Below are positions 1 to 12,715 of a DNA stretch of 50,881 nt, in pieces. The stretch lies in assembly GCA_046563655.1 (NCBI GenBank), contig JAJCTO010000014.1:310001-360881 (forward strand), written 5' to 3'. Under the pieces are notes generated by a model that had not been told where the DNA came from, searched no databases, and worked only from the letters and a program-made list of their open reading frames with translations. The stretch is from Yuukianura sp. NJ FZ-2021. Lineage: Eukaryota. Positions within the stretch are counted from its first letter, which is position 1. Each line of letters opens with the position of its first letter. Made by a program: the position numbers and the translations under genes.

Positions 1-859
1 GGGGTTTTAGCGTTCAAAAGTTTAAATTCTGAATGTGGAGAGAGGCGACTCTGCCATCGCTGTACTATGAGTCCTTCCTAGACGTGATCAAATTTCCGAC
101 AATTCCAAAAACAACACAAGTGTTAGCGGTCAAAGTTTGAAGTTATGGCCTCATGCAAACCGGGTAGAAACTTCGTTCAAGGGGGTTCTAAAAGCCGATG
201 CAAACTTTTGAATCATTTAAAAGAATTTCCCTCACGAACTGAGGGGTTTTAGCGTTCAAAAGTTTAAATTCTGAATGTGGAGAGAGGCGTCTCTGCCGTC
301 GCTGTACTATGAGTCCTTCCTAGACGTGATCAAATTTCCGACAATTCCAAAAACAACACAAGTGTTGGCGGTCAAAGTTTGAAGTTACGGCCCCATGCAA
401 ACCGGGTAGAAACTTCGCTCACGGGGGTTCTAAAAGCCGATGCAAACTTTTGAATCATTTAAAAAAATTTCCCTCCTCACGAACTGAGGGGTTTTAGCGT
501 TCAAAAGTTTAAATTCTGAATGTGGAGAGAGGCGACTCTGCCATCGCTGTACTATGAGTCCTTCCTAGACGTGATCAAATTTCCAACAATTCCAAAAACA
601 ACACAAGTGTTAGCGGTCAAAGTTTGAAGTTACGGCCCCATGCAAACCGGGTAGAAACTTCGCTCACGGGGTGTTCTAAAACCCGATGCAAAATTTTGAA
701 TCATTTAAAAAAAATTTCCCTCCTCACGAACTGAGGGGTTTTAGCGTTCAAAAGTTTAAATTCTGAATGTGAAGAGAGGCGACTCTGCCATCGCTGTACT
801 ATGAGTCCTTCCTAGACGTGATCAAATTTCCAACAATTCCAAAAACAACACAAGTGTTA

Positions 860-3800
860 GCGGTCAAAGTTTGAAGTTACGGCCCCATGCAAACCGGGTA
901 GAAACTTCGCTCACGGGGGGTTCTAAAACCCGATGCAAACTTTTGAATCATTTAAAAAAAATTTCCCTCCTCACGAACTGAGGGGTTTTAGCGTTCAAAA
1001 GTTTAAATTCTGAATGTGGAGAGAGGCGACTCTGCCATCGCTGTACTATGAGTCCTTCCTAGACGTGATCAAATTTGCAACAATTCCAAAAACAACACAA
1101 GTGTTAGCGGTCAAAGTTTGAAGTTACGGCCCCATGCAAACCGGGTAGAAACTTCGCTCACGGGGGTTCTAAAACCCGATGCAAACTTTTGAATCATTTA
1201 AAAAAATGTCCCTCCTCACGAACTGAGGGGTTTTAGCGTTCAAAAGTTTAAATTCTGAATGTGGAGAGAGGCGTCTCTGCCATCGCTGTACTATGAGTCC
1301 TTCCTAGACGTGATCAAATTTCCGACAATTCCAAAAACAACACAAGTGTTAGTGGTCAAAGTTTGAAGTTACGGCCCCATGCAAACCAGGTAGAAACTTC
1401 GCTCACGGGGGGTTCTAAAAGCCGATGCAAACTTTTGAATCATTTAAAAAAAATTTCCCTCCTCACGAACTGAGGGGTTTTAGCGTTCAAAAGTTTAAAT
1501 TCTGAATGTGGAGAGAGGCGACTCTGCCATCGCTGTACTATGAGTCCTTCCTAGACGTGATCAAATTTCCGACAATTCCAAAAACAACACAAGTGTTAGC
1601 GGTCAAAGTTTGAAGTTATGGCCTCATGCAAACCGGGTAGAAACTTCGTTCAAGGGGGGTTCTAAAAGCCGATGCAAACTTTTGAATCATTTAAAAAAAA
1701 TTTCCCTCACGAACTGAGGGGTTTTAGCGTTCAAAAGTTTAAATTCTGAATGTGGAGAGAGGCGTCTCTGCCATCGCTGTACTATGAGTCCTTCCTAGAC
1801 GTGATCAAATTTCCGACAATTCCAAAAACAACACAAGTGTTGGCGGTCAAAGTTTGAAGTTACGGCCCCATGCAAACCGGGTAGAAACTTCGCTCACGGG
1901 GGGTTCTAAAAGCCGATGCAAACTTTTGAATCATTTAAAAAAATTTCCCTCCTCACGAACTGAGGGGTTTTAGCGTTCAAAAGTTTAAATTCTGAATGTG
2001 GAGAGAGGCGACTCTGCCATCGCTGTACTATGAGTCCTTCCTAGACGTGATCAAATTTCCAACAATTCCAAAAACAACACAAGTGTTAGCGGTCAAAGTT
2101 TGAAGTTACGGCCCCATGCAAACCGGGTAGAAACTTCGCTCACGGGGGGTTCTAAAACCCGATGCAAACTTTTGAATCATTTAAAAAAAATTTCCCTCCT
2201 CACGAACTGAGGGGTTTTAGCGTTCAAAAATTTAAATTCTGAATGTGGAGAGAGGCGTCTCTGCCATCGCTGTACTATGAGTCCTTCCTAGACGTGATCA
2301 AATTTCCGACAATTCCAAAAACAACACAAGTGTTAGCGGTCAAAGTTTGAAGTTACGGCCCCATGCAAACCAGGTAGAAACTTCGCTCACGGGGGTTCTA
2401 AAAGCCGATGCAAACTTTTGAATCATTTAAAAAAATGTCCCTCCTCACGAACTGAGGGGTTTTAGCGTTCAAAAGTTTAAATTCTGAATGTGGAGAGAGG
2501 CGTCTCTGCCATCGCTGTACTATGAGTCCTTCCTAGACGTGATCAAATTTCCGACAATTCCAAAAACAACACAAGTGTTAGCGCTCAAAGTTTGAAGTTA
2601 CGGCCCCATGCAAACCGGGTAGAAACTTCGCTCACGGGGGGTTCTAAAAGCCGATGCAAACTTTTGAATCATTTAAAAAAAATTTCCCTCCTCACGAACT
2701 GAGGGGTTTTAGCGTTCAAAAGTTTAAATTCTGAATGTGGAGAGAGGCGACTCTGCCATCGCTGTACTATGAGTCCTTCCTAGACGTGATCAAATTTCCG
2801 ACAATTCCAAAAACAACACAAGTGTTAGCGGTCAAAGTTTGAAGTTATGGCCTCATGCAAACCGGGTAGAAACTTCGTTCAAGGGGGGTTCTAAAAGCCG
2901 ATGCAAACTTTTGAATCATTTAAAAAAAATTTCCCTCACGAACTGAGGGGTTTTAGCGTTCAAAAGTTTAAATTCTGAATGTGGAGAGAGGCGACTCTGC
3001 CATCGCTGTACTATGAGTCCTTCCTAGACCTGATCAAATTTCCGACAATTCCAAAAACAACACAAGTGTTAGCGGTCAAAGTTTGAAGTTACGGCCCCAT
3101 GCAAACCGGGTAGAAACTTCGCTCACGTGGGGTTCTAAAAGCCGATGCAAACTTTTGAATCATTTAAAAAAATTCCCTCCTCACGAACTGAAGGGTTTTA
3201 GCGTTCAAAAGTTTAAATTCTGAATGTGGAGAGAGGCGACTCTGCCATCGCTGTACTATGAGTCCTTCCTAGACGTGATCAAATTTCCAACAATTCCAAA
3301 AACAACACAAGTGTTAGCGGTCAAAGTTTGAAGTTACGGCCCCATGCAAACCGGGTAGAAACTTCGCTCACGGGGGGTTCTAAAACCCGATGCAAACTTT
3401 TGAATCATTTAAAAAAATTTCCCTCCTCACGAACTGAGGGGTTTTAGCGTTCAAAAGTTTAAATTCTGAATGTGGAGAGAGGCGACTCTGCCATCGCTGT
3501 ACTATGAGTCCTTCCTAGACGTGATCAAATTTGCAACAATTCCAAAAACAACACAAGTGTTAGCGGTCAAAGTTTGAAGTTACGGCCCCATGCAAACCGG
3601 GTAGAAACTTCGCTCACGGGGGGTTCTAAAACCCGATGCAAACTTTTGAATCATTTAAAAAAAATTTCCCTCCTCACGAACTGAGGGGTTTTAGCGTTCA
3701 AAAGTTTAAATTCTGAATGTGGAGAGAGGCGTCTCTGCCATCGCTGTACTATGAGTCCTTCCTAGACGTGATCAAATTTCCGACAATTCCAAAAACAACA

Positions 3801-5760
3801 CAAGTGTTAGTGGTCAAAGTTTGAAGTTACGGCCCCATGCAAACCAGGTAGAAACTTCGCTTACGGGGGTTCTAAAAGCCGATGCAAACTTTTGAATCAT
3901 TTAAAAAAAATTTCCCTCCTCACGAACTGAGGGGTTTTAGCGTTCAAAAGTTTAAATTCTGAATGTGGAGAGAGGCGACTCTGCCATCGCTGTACTATGA
4001 GTCCTTCCTAGACGTGATCAAATTTCCGACAATTCCAAAAACAACACAAGTGTTAGCGGTCAAAGTTTGAAGTTATGGCCTCATGCAAACCGGGTAGAAA
4101 CTTCGTTCAAGGGGAGTTCTAAAAGCCGATGCAAACTTTTGAATCATTTAAAAAAAATTTCCCTCACGAACTGAGGGGTTTTAGCGTTCAAAAGTTTAAA
4201 TTCTGAATGTGGAGAGAGGCGTCTCTGCCATCGCTGTACTATGAGTCCTTCCTAGACGTGATCAAATTTCCGACAATTCCAAAAACAACACAAGTGTTGG
4301 CGGTCAAAGTTTGAAGTTACGGCCCCATGCAAACCGGGTAGAAACTTCGCTCACGGGGGGTTCTAAAAGCCGATGCAAACTTTTGAATCATTTAAAAAAA
4401 TTTCCCTCCTCACGAACTGAGGGGTTTTAGCGTTCAAAAGTTTAAATTCTGAATGTGGAGAGAGGCGACTCTGCCATCGCTGTACTATGAGTCCTTCCTA
4501 GACGTGATCAAATTTCCAACAATTCCAAAAACAACACAAGTGTTAGCGGTCAAAGTTTGAAGTTACGGCCCCATGCAAACCGGGTAGAAACTTCGCTCAC
4601 GGGGGTTCTAAAACCCGATGCAAACTTTTGAATCATTTAAAAAAAATTTCCCTCCTCACGAACTGAGGGGTTTTAGCGTTCAAAAATTTAAATTCTGAAT
4701 GTGGAGAGAGGCGTCTCTGCCATCGCTGTACTATGAGTCCTTCCTAGACGTGATCAAATTTCCGACAATTCCAAAAACAACACAAGTGTTAGCGGTCAAA
4801 GTTTGAAGTTACGGCCCCATGCAAACCAGGTAGAAACTTCGCTCACGGGGGGTTCTAAAAGCCGATGCAAACTTTTGAATCATTTAAAAAAAATTTCCCT
4901 CCTCACGAACTGAGGGGTTTTAGCGTTCAAAAGTTTAAATTCTGAATGTGGAGAGAGGCGTCTCTGCCATCGCTGTACTATGAGTCCTTCCTAGACGTGA
5001 TCAAATTTCCGACAATTCCAAAAACAACACAAGTGTTAGCGGTCAAAGTTTGAAGTTACGGCCCCATGCAAACCGGGTAGAAACTTCGCTCACGGGGGGT
5101 TCTAAAAGCCGATGCAAACTTTTGAATCATTTAAAAAAAATTTCCCTCCTCACGAACTGAGGGGTTTTAGCGTTCAAAAGTTTAAATTCTGAATGTGGAG
5201 AGAGGCGACTCTGCCATCGCTGTACTATGAGTCCTTCCTAGACGTGATCAAATTTCCGACAATTCCAAAAACAACACAAGTGTTAGCGGTCAAAGTTTGA
5301 AGTTATGGCCTCATGCAAACCGGGTAGAAACTTCGTTCAAGGGGGTTCTAAAAGCCGATGCAAACTTTTGAATCATTTAAAAAAAATTTCCCTCACGAAC
5401 TGAGGGGTTTAGCGTTCAAAAGTTTAAATTCTGAATGTGGAGAGAGGCGACTCTGCCATCGCTGTACTATGAGTCCTTCCTAGACCTGATCAAATTTCCG
5501 ACAATTCCAAAAACAACACAAGTGTTAGCGGTCAAAGTTTGAAGTTACGGCCCCATGCAAACCGGGTAGAAACTTCGCTCACGTGGGGTTCTAAAAGCCG
5601 ATGCAAACTTTTGAATCATTTAAAAAAGTTCCCTCCTCACGAACTGAAGGGTTTTAGCGTTCAAAAGTTTAAATTCTGAATGTGGAGAGAGGCGACTCTG
5701 CCATCGCTGTACTATGAGTCCTTCCTAGACGTGATCAAATTTCCGACAATTCCAAAAACA
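860..5760. repeat. Higher-order repeat: ~2,456-bp 10-mer built from two related 5-mers
   Basis: Rare variants recur at +2,456 to +2,458: TTTGCAAC (1077/3533), TTAGTGG (1353/3811), CAAAAATTT (2230/4686), TAGACCTG (3030/5486). The marker monomer TTATGGCCTC...TTCGTTCAAG occurs at 141, 1614, 2843, 4071 and 5301. Boundaries are approximate. Confidence 0.8.
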
Positions 5761-8700
5761 ACACAAGTGTTAGCGGTCAAAGTTTGAAGTTACGGCCCCA
5801 TGCAAACCGGGTAGAAACTTCGCTCACGGGGGGTTCTAAAAGCCGATGCAAACTTTTGAATCATTTAAAAAAATTTCCCTCCTCACGAACTGAGGGGTTT
5901 TAGCGTTCAAAAGTTTAAATTCTGAATGTGGAGAGAGGCGACTCTGCCATCGCTGTACTATGAGTCCTTCCTAGACGTGATCAAATTTCCAACAATTCCA
6001 AAAACAACACAAGTGTTAGCGGTCAAAGTTTGAAGTTACGGCCCCATGCAAACCGGGTAGAAACTTCGCTCACGGGGGGTTCTAAAACCCGATGCAAACT
6101 TTTGAATCATTTAAAAAAATGTCCCTCCTCACGAACTGAGGGGTTTTAGCGTTCAAAAGTTTAAATTCTGAATGTGGAGAGAGGCGTCTCTGCCATCGCT
6201 GTACTATGAGTCCTTCCTAGACGTGATCAAATTTCCGACAATTCCAAAAACAACACAAGTGTTAGCGGTCAAAGTTTGAAGTTACGGCCCCATGCAAACC
6301 AGGTAGAAACTTCGCTCACGGGGGGTTCTAAAAGCCGATGCAAACTTTTGAATCATTTAAAAAAATGTCCCTCCTCACGAACTGAGGGGTTTTAGCGTTC
6401 AAAAGTTTAAATTCTGAATGTGGAGAGAGGCGTCTCTGCCATCGCTGTACTATGAGTCCTTCCTAGACGTGATCAAATTTCCGACAATTCCAAAAACAAC
6501 ACAAGTGTTAGCGGTCAAAGTTTGAAGTTACGGCCCCATGCAAACCGGGTAGAAACTTCGCTCACGGGGGTTCTAAAAGCCGATGCAAACTTTTGAATCA
6601 TTTAAAAAAATTTCCCTCCTCACGAACTGAGGGGTTTTAGCGTTCAAAAGTTTAAATTCTGAATGTGGAGAGAGGCGACTCTGCCATCGCTGTACTATGA
6701 GTCCTTCCTAGACGTGATCAAATTTCCAACAATTCCAAAAACAACACAAGTGTTAGCGGTCAAAGTTTGAAGTTACGGCCCCATGCAAACCGGGTAGAAA
6801 CTTCGCTCAAGGGGGGTTCTAAAAGGCGATGCAAACTTTTGAATCATTTAAAAAAATGTCCCTCCTCACGAACTGAGGGGTTTTAGCGTTCAAAAGTTTA
6901 AATTCTGAATGTGGAGAGAGGCGTCTCTGCCATCGCTGTACTATGAGTCCTTCCTAGACGTGATCAAATTTCCGACAATTCCAAAAACAACACAAGTGTT
7001 AGCTGTCAAAGTTTGAAGTTACGGCCCCATGCAAACCAGGTAGAAACTTCGCTCACGGGGGGTTCTAAAAGCCGATGCAAACTTTTGAATCATTTAAAAA
7101 AATGTCCCTCCTCACGAACTGAGGGGTTTTAGCGTTCAAAAGTTTAAATTCTGAATGTGGAGAGAGGCGTCTCTGCCATCGCTGTACTATGAGTCCTTCC
7201 TAGACGTGATCAAATTTCCGACAATTCCAAAAACAACACAAGTGTTAGCGGTCAAAGTTTGAAGTTACGGCCCCATGCAAACCGGGTAGAAACTTCGCTC
7301 ACGGGGGTTCTAAAAGCCGATGCAAACTTTTGAATCATTTAAAAAATTTCCCTCCTCACGAACTGAGGGGTTTTAGCGTTCAAAAGTTTAAATTCTGAAT
7401 GTGGAGAGAGGCGACTCTGCCATCGCTGTACTATGAGTCCTTCCTAGACGTGATCAAATTTCCAACAATTCCAAAAACAACACAAGTGTTAGCGGTCAAA
7501 GTTTGAAGTTACGGCCCCATGCAAACCGGGTAGAAACTTCGCTCACGGGGGGTTCTAAAAGCCGATGCAAACTTTTGAATCATTTAAAAAAAATTTCCCT
7601 CCTCACGAACTGAGGGGTTTTAGCGTTCAAAAGTTTAAATTCTGAATGTGGAGAGAGGCGTCTCTGCCATCGCTGTACTATGAGTCCTTCCTAGACGTGA
7701 TCAAATTTCCGACAATTCCAAAAACAACACAAGTGTTAGCTGTCAAAGTTTGAAGTTACGGCCCCATGCAAACCAGGTAGAAACTTCGCTCACGGGGGGT
7801 TCTAAAAGCCGATGCAAACTTTTGAATCATTTAAAAAAAAATTTCCCTCCTCACGAACTGAGGGGTTTTAGCGTTCAACAGTTTAAATTCTGAATGTGGA
7901 GAGAGGCGTCTCTGCCATCGCTGTACTATGAGTCCTTCCTAGACGTGATCAAATTTCCGACAATTCCAAAAACAACACAAGTGTTAGCGGTCAAAGTTTG
8001 AAGTTACGGCCCCATGCAAACCGGGTAGAAACTTCGCTCACGGGGGGTTCTAAAAGCCGATGCAAACTTTTGAATCATTTAAAAAAAATTTCCCTCACGA
8101 ACTGAGGGGTTTTAGCGTTCAAAAGTTTAAATTCTGAATGTAGAGAGAGGCGTCTCTGCCATCGCTGTACTATGAGTCCTTCCTAGACGTGATCAAATTT
8201 CCGACAATTCCAAAAACAACACAAGTGTTAGCGGTCAAAGTTTGAAGTTACGGCCCCATGCAAACCGGGTAGAAACTTCGCTCACGGGGGGTTCTAAAAG
8301 CCGATGCAAACTTTTGAATCATTTAAAAAAAAATTTCCCTTCTCACGAACTGAGGGGTTTTAGCGTTCAAAAGTTTAAATTCTGAATGTGGAGAGAGGCG
8401 TCTCTGCCATCGCTGTACTATGAGTCCTTCCTAGACGTGATCAAATTTCCGACAATTCCAAAAACAACACAAGTGTTAGCGGTCAAAGTTTGAAGTTACG
8501 GCCCCATGCAAACCGGGTAGAAACTTCGCTCACGGGGGTTCTAAAAGCCGATGCAAACTTTTGAATCATTTAAAAAATTTCCCTCCTCACGAACTGAGGG
8601 GTTTTAGCGTTCAAAAGTTTAAATTCTGAATGTGGAGAGAGGCGTCTCTGCCATCGCTGTACTATGAGTCCTTCCTAGACGTGATCAAATTTCCGACAAT

Positions 8701-8859
8701 TCCAAAAACAACACAAGTGTTAGCGGTCAAAGTTTGAAGTTACGGCCCCATGCAAACCGGGTAGAAACTTCGCTCACGGGGGGTTCTAAAACCCGATGCA
8801 AACTTTTGAATCATTTACAAAAAATTTCACTCCTCACGAACTGAGGGGTTTTAGCGTTC

Positions 8860-10810
8860 AAAAGTTTAAATTCTGAATGTGGAGAGAGGCGACTCTGCCA
8901 TCGCTGTACTATGAGTCCTTCCTAGACGTGATCAAATTTCCGACAATTCCAAAAACAACACAAGTGTTAGCGGTCAAAGTTTGAAGTTACGGCCCCATGC
9001 AAACCGGGTAGAAACTTCGCTCACGTGGGGTTCTAAAAGCCGATGCAAACTTTTGAATCATTAAAAAAAAATTCCCTCATCACGAACTGAAGGGTTTTAG
9101 CGTTCAAAAGTTTAAATTCTGAATGTGGAGAGAGGCGACTCTGCCATCGCTGTACTATGAGTCCTTCCTAGACGTGATCAAATTTCCGACAATTCCAAAA
9201 ACAACACAAGTGTTAGCGGTCAAAGTTTGAAGTTATGGCCCCATGCAAACCGGGTAGAAACTTCGCTCACGTGGGGTTCTAAATACGATGCAAACTTTTG
9301 AATCATTTAAAAAAAATTCCCTCCTCACTGACTGAGGGGTTTTAGCGTTCAAAAGTTTAAATTCTGAATGTGGAGAAAGGCGACTCTGCCATCGCTGTAC
9401 TATGAGTCCTTCCTAGACGTGATCAAATTTCCGACAATTCCAAAAACAACACAAGTGTTAGCGGTCAAAGTTTGAAGTTACGGCCCCATGCAAACCGGGT
9501 AGAAACTTCGCTCACGGGGGGTTCTAAAACCCGATGCAAACTTTTGAATCATTTAAAAAAATTCCCTTTTCACGAACTGAGGGTTTTAGCGTTCAAATGT
9601 TTAAATTCTGAATGTGGAGAGAGGCGTCTCTGCCATCGCTGTACTATGAGTCCTTCCTAGACGTGATCAAATTTCCGACAATTCCAAAAACAACACAAGA
9701 GTTAGCGGTCAAAGTTTGAAGTTACGGCCCCATGCAAACCGGGTAGAAACTTCGCTCAAGGGGGGTTCTAAAAGGCGATGCAAACTTTTGAATCATTTAA
9801 AAAAATGTCCCTCCTCACGAACTGAGGGGTTTTAGCGTTCAAAAGTTTAAATTCTGAATGTGGAGAGAGGCGACTCTGCCATCGCTGTACTATGAGTCCT
9901 TCCTAGACGTGATCAAATTTCCGACAATTCCAAAAACAACACAAGTGTTAGCGGTCAAAGTTTGAAGTTACGGCCCCATGCAAACCGGGTAGAAACTTCG
10001 CTCACGTGGGGTTCTAAAAGCCGATGCAAACTTTTGAATCATTTAAAAAAATTCCCTCATCACGAACTGAAGGGTTTTAGCGTTCAAAAGTTTAAATTCT
10101 GAATGTGGAGAGAGGCGACTCTGCCATCGCTGTACTATGAGTCCTTCCTAGACGTGATCAAATTTCCGACAATTCCAAAAACAACACAAGTGTTAGCGGT
10201 CAAAGTTTGAAGTTATGGCCCCATGCAAACCGGGTAGAAACTTCGCTCACGTGGGGTTCTAAATACGATGCAAACTTTTGAATCATTTAAAAAAAATTCC
10301 CTCCTCACTGACTGAGGGGTTTTAGCGTTCAAAAGTTTAAATTCTGAATGTGGAGAAAGGCGACTCTGCCATCGCTGTACTATGAGTCCTTCCTAGACGT
10401 GATCAAATTTCCGACAATTCCAAAAACAACACAAGTGTTAGCGGTCAAAGTTTGAAGTTACGGCCCCATGCAAACCGGGTAGAAACTTCGCTCACGGGGG
10501 TTCTAAAACCCGATGCAAACTTTTGAATCATTTAAAAAAATTCCCTTCTCACGAACTGAGGGGTTTTAGCGTTCAAATGTTTAAATTCTGAATGTGGAGA
10601 GAGGCGTCTCTGCCATCGCTGTACTATGAGTCCTTCCTAGACGTGATCAAATTTCCGACAATTCCAAAAACAACACAAGAGTTAGCGGTCAAAGTTTGAA
10701 GTTACGGCCCCATGCAAACCGGGTAGAAACTTCGCTCAAGGGGGGTTCTAAAAGGCGATGCAAACTTTTGAATCATTTAAAAAAAATGTCCCTCCTCACG
10801 AACTGAGGGG
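8860..10810. repeat. Higher-order repeat: 980-bp 4-mer, two tandem copies
   Basis: The variants CCTCATCAC, CACTGACTG, GGAGAAAGG, TCAAATGTT and CACAAGAGTT each recur at +980 (about 9075/10055, 9326/10306, 9372/10352, 9593/10573, 9694/10674). Confidence 0.8.
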
Positions 10811-12231
10811 TTTTAGCGTTCAAAAGTTTAAATTCTGAATGTGGAGAGAGACGACTCTGCCATCGCTGTACTATGAGTCCTTCCTAGACGTGATCAAATT
10901 TCCGACAATTCCAAAAACAACACAAGTGTTAGCGGTCAAAGTTTGAAGTTACGGCCCCATGCAAACCGGGTAGAAACTTCGCTCACGTGGGGTTCTAAAA
11001 GCCGATGCAAACTATTGAATCATTTAAAAAAAAAATTCCCTCCTCACGAACTGAAGGGTTTTAGCGTTCAAAAGTTTAAATTCTGAATGTGGAGAGAGGC
11101 GACTCTGCCATCGCTGTACTATGAGTCCTTCCTAGACGTGATCAAATTTCCGACAATTCCAAAAACAACACAAGTGTTAGCGGTCAAAGTTTGAAGTTAC
11201 GTCCCCATGCAAACCGGGTAGAAACTTCGCTCACGGGGGGTTCTAAAAGCCGATGCAAACTTTTGAATCATTTAAAAAAAAATTTCCCTCCTCACGAACT
11301 GAGGGGTTTTAGCGTTCAAAAGTTTAAATTCTGAATGTGGAGAGAGGCGACTCTGCCATCGCTGTACTATGAGTCCTTCCTAGACGTGATCAAATTTCCG
11401 ACAATTCCAAAAACAACACAAGTGTTAGCGGTCAAAGTTTGAAGTTACGGCCCCATGCAAACCGGGTAGAAACTTCGCTCACGGGGGTTCTAAAACCCGA
11501 TGCAAACTTTTGAATCATTTAAAAAAATTTCCCTCCTCACGAACTGAGGGGTTTTAGCGTTCAAAAGTTTAAATTCTGAATGTGGAGAGAGGCGACTCTG
11601 CCATCGCTGTACTATGAGTCCTTCCTAGACGTGATCAAATTTCCGACAATTCCAAAAACAACACAAGTGTTAGCGGTCAAAGTTTGAAGTTACGGCCCCA
11701 TGCAAACCGGGTAGAAACTTCGCTCACGTGGGGTTCTAAAACCCGATGCAAACTTTTGAATCATTTAAAAAAAATTTCCCTCCTCACGAACTGAAGGGTT
11801 TTAGCGTTCAAAAGTTTAAATTCTGAATGTGGAGAGAGGCGACTCTGCCATCGCTGTACTATGAGTCCTTCCTAGACGTGATCAAATTTCCTACAATTCC
11901 AAAAACAACACAAGTGTTAGCGGTCAAAGTTTGAAGTTACGTCCCCATGCAAACCGGGTAGAAACTTCGCTCACGTGGGTTCTAAAAGCCGATGCAAACT
12001 TTTGAATCATTTAAAAAAAATTCCCTCCTCACGAACTGAGGGGTTTTAGCGTTCAAAAGTTTAAATTCTGAATGTGGAGAGAGGCGACTCTGCCATCGCT
12101 GTACTATGAGTCCTTCCTAGACGTGATCAAATTTCCGACAATTCCAAAAACAACACAAGTGTTAGCGGTCAAATTTTGAAGTTACGGCCCCATGCAAACC
12201 GGGTAGAAACTTCGCTCACGTGGGGTTCTAA

Positions 12232-12715
12232 AGCCCAATTTATACTCGCGGTTTTGCCGGGAAATTTCCCTGGCAACGAATGGGGAACGCAATTTATACT
12301 TTTTCTCCTCAATGGGCCAGCGTTTAATGGGAAACGTTAGGGAAAAGGATTTCTTAAGGAAAACAATTTATACTTTTCCCTGACCTTGTCTTTTACTTTC
12401 GTTTTCCAAAGTTGAACTCAATCCTACTTTTTCCCCGGGAAAGGGATGATTCAGAGATTGACTGGCTGATTCAGAGAGTTGTCAAGGCGATTTTCTACTT
12501 TTTTTTCTCTAGACTAACAAATTCCACACATTTTTCCTCTACCAATTTATACTTTCTCCAAGACAAAGGTCAAAGTTTGTGTTTGAAAATCACAGGGAAA
12601 TTGCTCAGGAAGAGTTGACGTGAAAAGTATAAATTGGTAAAGGCCAAACAAATTCCCAACTCAACTTTTCCCAGCTTTTCTCCTCGGGAAAAGGAAAAAA
12701 AGTATAAATTGGGCT
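12232..12715. mobile_element. MITE copy 1 (non-autonomous PIF/Harbinger, Tourist-like), 484 bp
   Basis: Perfect 15-bp TIRs AGCCCAATTTATACT (12232-12246) and AGTATAAATTGGGCT (12701-12715). TAA is duplicated at 12229-12231 and 12716-12718, and removing the element restores the normal monomer TTC-TAA-AAGCCG. No transposase. A 3-bp TAA/TTA TSD is characteristic of PIF/Harbinger. Confidence 0.93.

Noticed and set aside
38..82. Helitron 3' end (hairpin plus CTAG) as the origin of the monomer
   Set aside because: The stem is weak and too far from CTAG, CTAG is followed by A rather than T, and there is no other Helitron evidence.
413..428. CENP-B-box-like TTCGCTCACGGG
   Set aside because: The canonical box is TTCG-N4-A-N2-CGGG (7 nt between TTCG and CGGG), whereas here the gap is 4 nt, and CGGG is often replaced by CGTG.
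9472..9660. 62-aa ORF
   Set aside because: It is a chance open frame in a satellite monomer created by homopolymer indels, with a TTG start, and it is closed in other monomers.
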